This document shows, in pieces, positions 61,037 to 64,000 of a stretch of DNA of 64,000 nt. How positions within the stretch are numbered: the first letter of the stretch is position 1; each line of letters opens with the position of its first letter. The notes beneath the pieces were generated by a model. The model made no database searches, was not told the DNA's origin, and saw only the letters and a program-made list of their open reading frames with translations. The position numbers and the translations under genes were made by a program. Source of the stretch: Euglena gracilis (Eukaryota); contig CP154954.1 of assembly GCA_039621445.1 (NCBI GenBank), positions 25,246,954 through 25,310,953 on the forward strand. Reading direction: 5' to 3'.

Positions 61037-64000
61037 CTTCGGACCAAGAGTTGGGGTCCCCCCACTAGAACCAAAAAAGCGCCGGAGAAGATGAAATTTT
61101 TGGTGTCTGTTTTGGCTGATTTATTTCAAAAAAAAAGTCTGCAAAACCACGATTTTGGGGCATTTTTTTTCAAGGAAAAAAATAATTTACGTTGCTTTGC
61201 ACCAGATTCTTCTTTTGCACAGGAGAAGTGGGGTCCGGATTCCCCCCCTCCCCGCTCATTTGATACCCTGCCCAAAGGTGTCCGTGACTGACCGGCTGCC
61301 TCATTGGGACGTCGCCCACTTGGGAGTGGTCCGCGCCGGCATGCCCCACCCCAGCCTTCCCACCGCGACCCTCCCGGGCTGCCCCCGACCGCCACGCACC
61401 GCCTCCGCCTCAAACCTGTCTGGTCTGGATCTGAGTGCGCCTCCGCCGCCGGTCAGCTCCCTGGCCCGCGAGGCGGCCCCCGACCCCTCGTTGAGGGTGA
61501 CTCCGCTTGCCGCCTCCTGGCCCAGCACCCCCAGTGACAGAGCCCAACCATTGTGGTCAGCCTGTTTGAGCATCGAAGAGTTTAAGCTGGAGATCGGGGC
61601 ACCCCCAACCAAGCTTCTTCACAAGGAAGACCGCACTCTTGCCAGCCTCCTTTTTTTTTTTGACTTGGAAGATCCTCAGGGGGTGGGAGTGGGGTGGGAG
61701 CCTGCCCCTCCCAGAGGAGGGGGCCCTGTTCAGGGGGCTTGGGTGGAAAAATTCTGATGCAAGGCGGTGTAAATTTGTGAACTCCGTATTCAAAAGGTGG
61801 GAATGGCCGAAATTCATGTGAAATTGTTTTAAAGTTTTTTTTTGATCCTGGGACCAGAAGTTAATTTTGAGGGCATTTTGGCTGATTTTTTTTTCCTGTG
61901 AACTCCCTGCGCTGGGTGGATGGAGGTCCCCCGGGGTCAAAAGCATCCTTTTTTGGGCACGCATGGGGGCAGCTCTTTTAACCCTCCCCAGAATGTCGGG
62001 CCAGATATCCAAGCCCTTGCATCATTTATCTCAAGCACGCATTCATTGAACAGTTTAACCTCGAATGAACCCCTCTCCCGAGCTTGTTCAAGAGTTGGGG
62101 AGGCAGGCCGTGTCAAGGCGCAATCCGGCCAGGTCTTTATTGTGTTATTCAAATGCTTGTTCAATTTTGTGGGTGGGTGGGTGGGTGGGTGGGGCGAGTG
62201 GGCCCACCACCCCCAACTGGGAGGACGGGGAACCTCTTACTTGTAACCCCTCTTCAAGTCGACAAACCAGAGGTGATACCTCTTCATACCCCAACCCTGG
62301 TGATGCAAAATGAAAGGTTAGTGGCATAAAACCTAAACTGGTTTTCGCATTTCTTTTTCTGCCAAAATTTGTGAAGGATGGAATTTTTTGACGCAGGTTT
62401 TTAACGTGTGATTCAATATTTGATTTAAATTAGATTTGTGATTTGATTTAAAATTATTGTGTTCAGTTTACTGGCCATCATGGCTGTAGGCAACCTTGAC
62501 CCTCATTGTTCCATCTGGGACACTGGGTTAAACCTGAGGCAGAGCGACACTTTTTGTCCGTTGTCTTCAATTTCAACTCCCTGCCTTCCACCCCACCAGC
62601 ACCACCCCCCCAACCGCTGGGTAGGCAGCCGCCCCAAACATTATCTACACACTGACATAAACCCAGTACCAGCTTATACCACTCCTCGCAGCAGCGGTTG
62701 CTGCCCCCCACACGACGTCCTGTCTGTGGTCGGGGGCAGGGGCCCTGCACCCGCATATGGGTGACCTGCTCGTCCCTCGTATTCATTCAGTAATGCCCCA
62801 TGCTGTGGTGTGTCCTCACATGGCCAACTTCCAGTGAACTGGAGATGGTCGACCGAGGACAGTATGGAGGCAAATACATTTAATTGCTTTTTTTTGTGTT
62901 TTTTTATTTTGACAAGATTTGTTTCTTGCTCGTTTGTGTGTGTGTTTTCCTGGTGGTTTTTTCTTTTTTGTGAGGAAGTTTTTTCGACTCGGATAAAATT
63001 CACATTTTGGGCCTAATTTTTCCGTGAGACCAACCACCGTTTTTTGAAGTTGCTTTTTTTTAAAAAAAAATGCAATTTTTCAGAATCAGCATATTCCCAA
63101 AACCTATTCAAAATACACAACAAAATATTTTGGCACATCATGTATATGCAACCATATGCATAATGTTGCATATGGTTGCAAATTTTTCCTGGAGAAGGCT
63201 GACAATCTTCTCTGCAGCAGAGAACCGGGAGCTCCTGGAGGAAGTTGCATGGAAACTCGCGGTTTTTTGCGTTTTTCAGGGTCCATTTTGTGTTTTCCCT
63301 CCCCCGCGTTCCTTGGGCAGTCTTTACTCGGTGTGGGGTCAATGGAGCCACGGGATGGGCCATGTGTCGCGTGTGTGACAGCGCACATGAGCACCAGCCC
63401 AAGGGAAATTGATTCCCAATGATTCCAAGGAAGGCGCGCGTGCAGTGCAAAACTGTGTCATGAACAGCTGGCTGGCTGGCTTGCCAATCCATGGTGGCGC
63501 AAAGGGAGAGCGTGGCACAGGGAAGGGAGGGGTGGGCGTCCAATCCGCCAGGCTATCGCTTAAGGGTTTTCAGCACCCCCCCCCCCCCCAGGGGGGAGAT
63601 GGAATGCCGCTGGTAGCTCATAGCAGCCGGAAGAATCCCCCCCCCGGGTCATTTCTTGCGAATGGGAGAAGGGTGAGCTTGGCTGCCCGCTCCTGCCGGC
63701 GCCGGGTGATCCACATCGGGGGAGGGCTGCGTCGTGGGGGCTGGGGGATCGGGTTCCGGCTCGGGGACGCTGCTGCTGGCGCCCCTGCTGTCCTGTACAG
63801 GGGTGGGGGGCATTGGTTTGGGACCTTGGGACCACACCACGCTCCCCTCCTCCCTGACCGATGCCCCCATCCAACTGCTCCGTATGGCTCCGAAGACGCT
63901 CTACTCCATCCGCCGACACGAGTCACTTCAGCTTGGGCCCATCTCACCACACTGATCACCTTTTCCCTCCACCGCCCCCCCATAAGCGCCTCACAGCAAC

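Noticed and set aside
62170-62194. (GGGT)n potential G-quadruplex
   Set aside because: G-runs are ubiquitous in this window and there is no evidence of a specific function.
63549-63600. Family-A-like left TIR CAGGCTATCGCTTAAGGG
   Set aside because: No matching right TIR or TSD within the window; treated as a fragment.

Overview
Repeat-saturated eukaryotic DNA with (TA)n microsatellites and abundant poly-C/poly-G runs. There are no prokaryotic operons, CRISPR arrays or recognisable RNA genes, and almost all ORFs in the supplied track look spurious. The organism cannot be determined from the sequence; a protist such as a euglenid is a plausible guess. Main content: (1) a decayed ~5.0 kb non-LTR retrotransposon (APE endonuclease, partial RT, RNase H, CCHC knuckle) with a perfect 16-bp TSD and a poly(C) rather than poly(A) tail; (2) a Ty3/Gypsy-like remnant (aspartic protease, integrase tail); (3) about 20 nested non-autonomous DNA transposons, comprising hAT-type CAGG...CCTG elements with 8-bp TSDs, TA-flanked elements whose TIRs start with poly-C tracts, and CAAG- and GGG-terminated elements, several confirmed by empty sites in paralogous copies; (4) a ~7.1 kb tandem duplication (3 full copies plus 1 partial, 25.6-50.9 kb) carrying exon-like minus-strand fragments, inside an older colinear duplication (20.7-53.3 kb vs 57-64 kb). 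The most interesting hypothesis is that the CAG...CTG elements plus one 8-bp TSD reproduce the geometry of euglenid nonconventional introns, so they may be an intron-generating element family.
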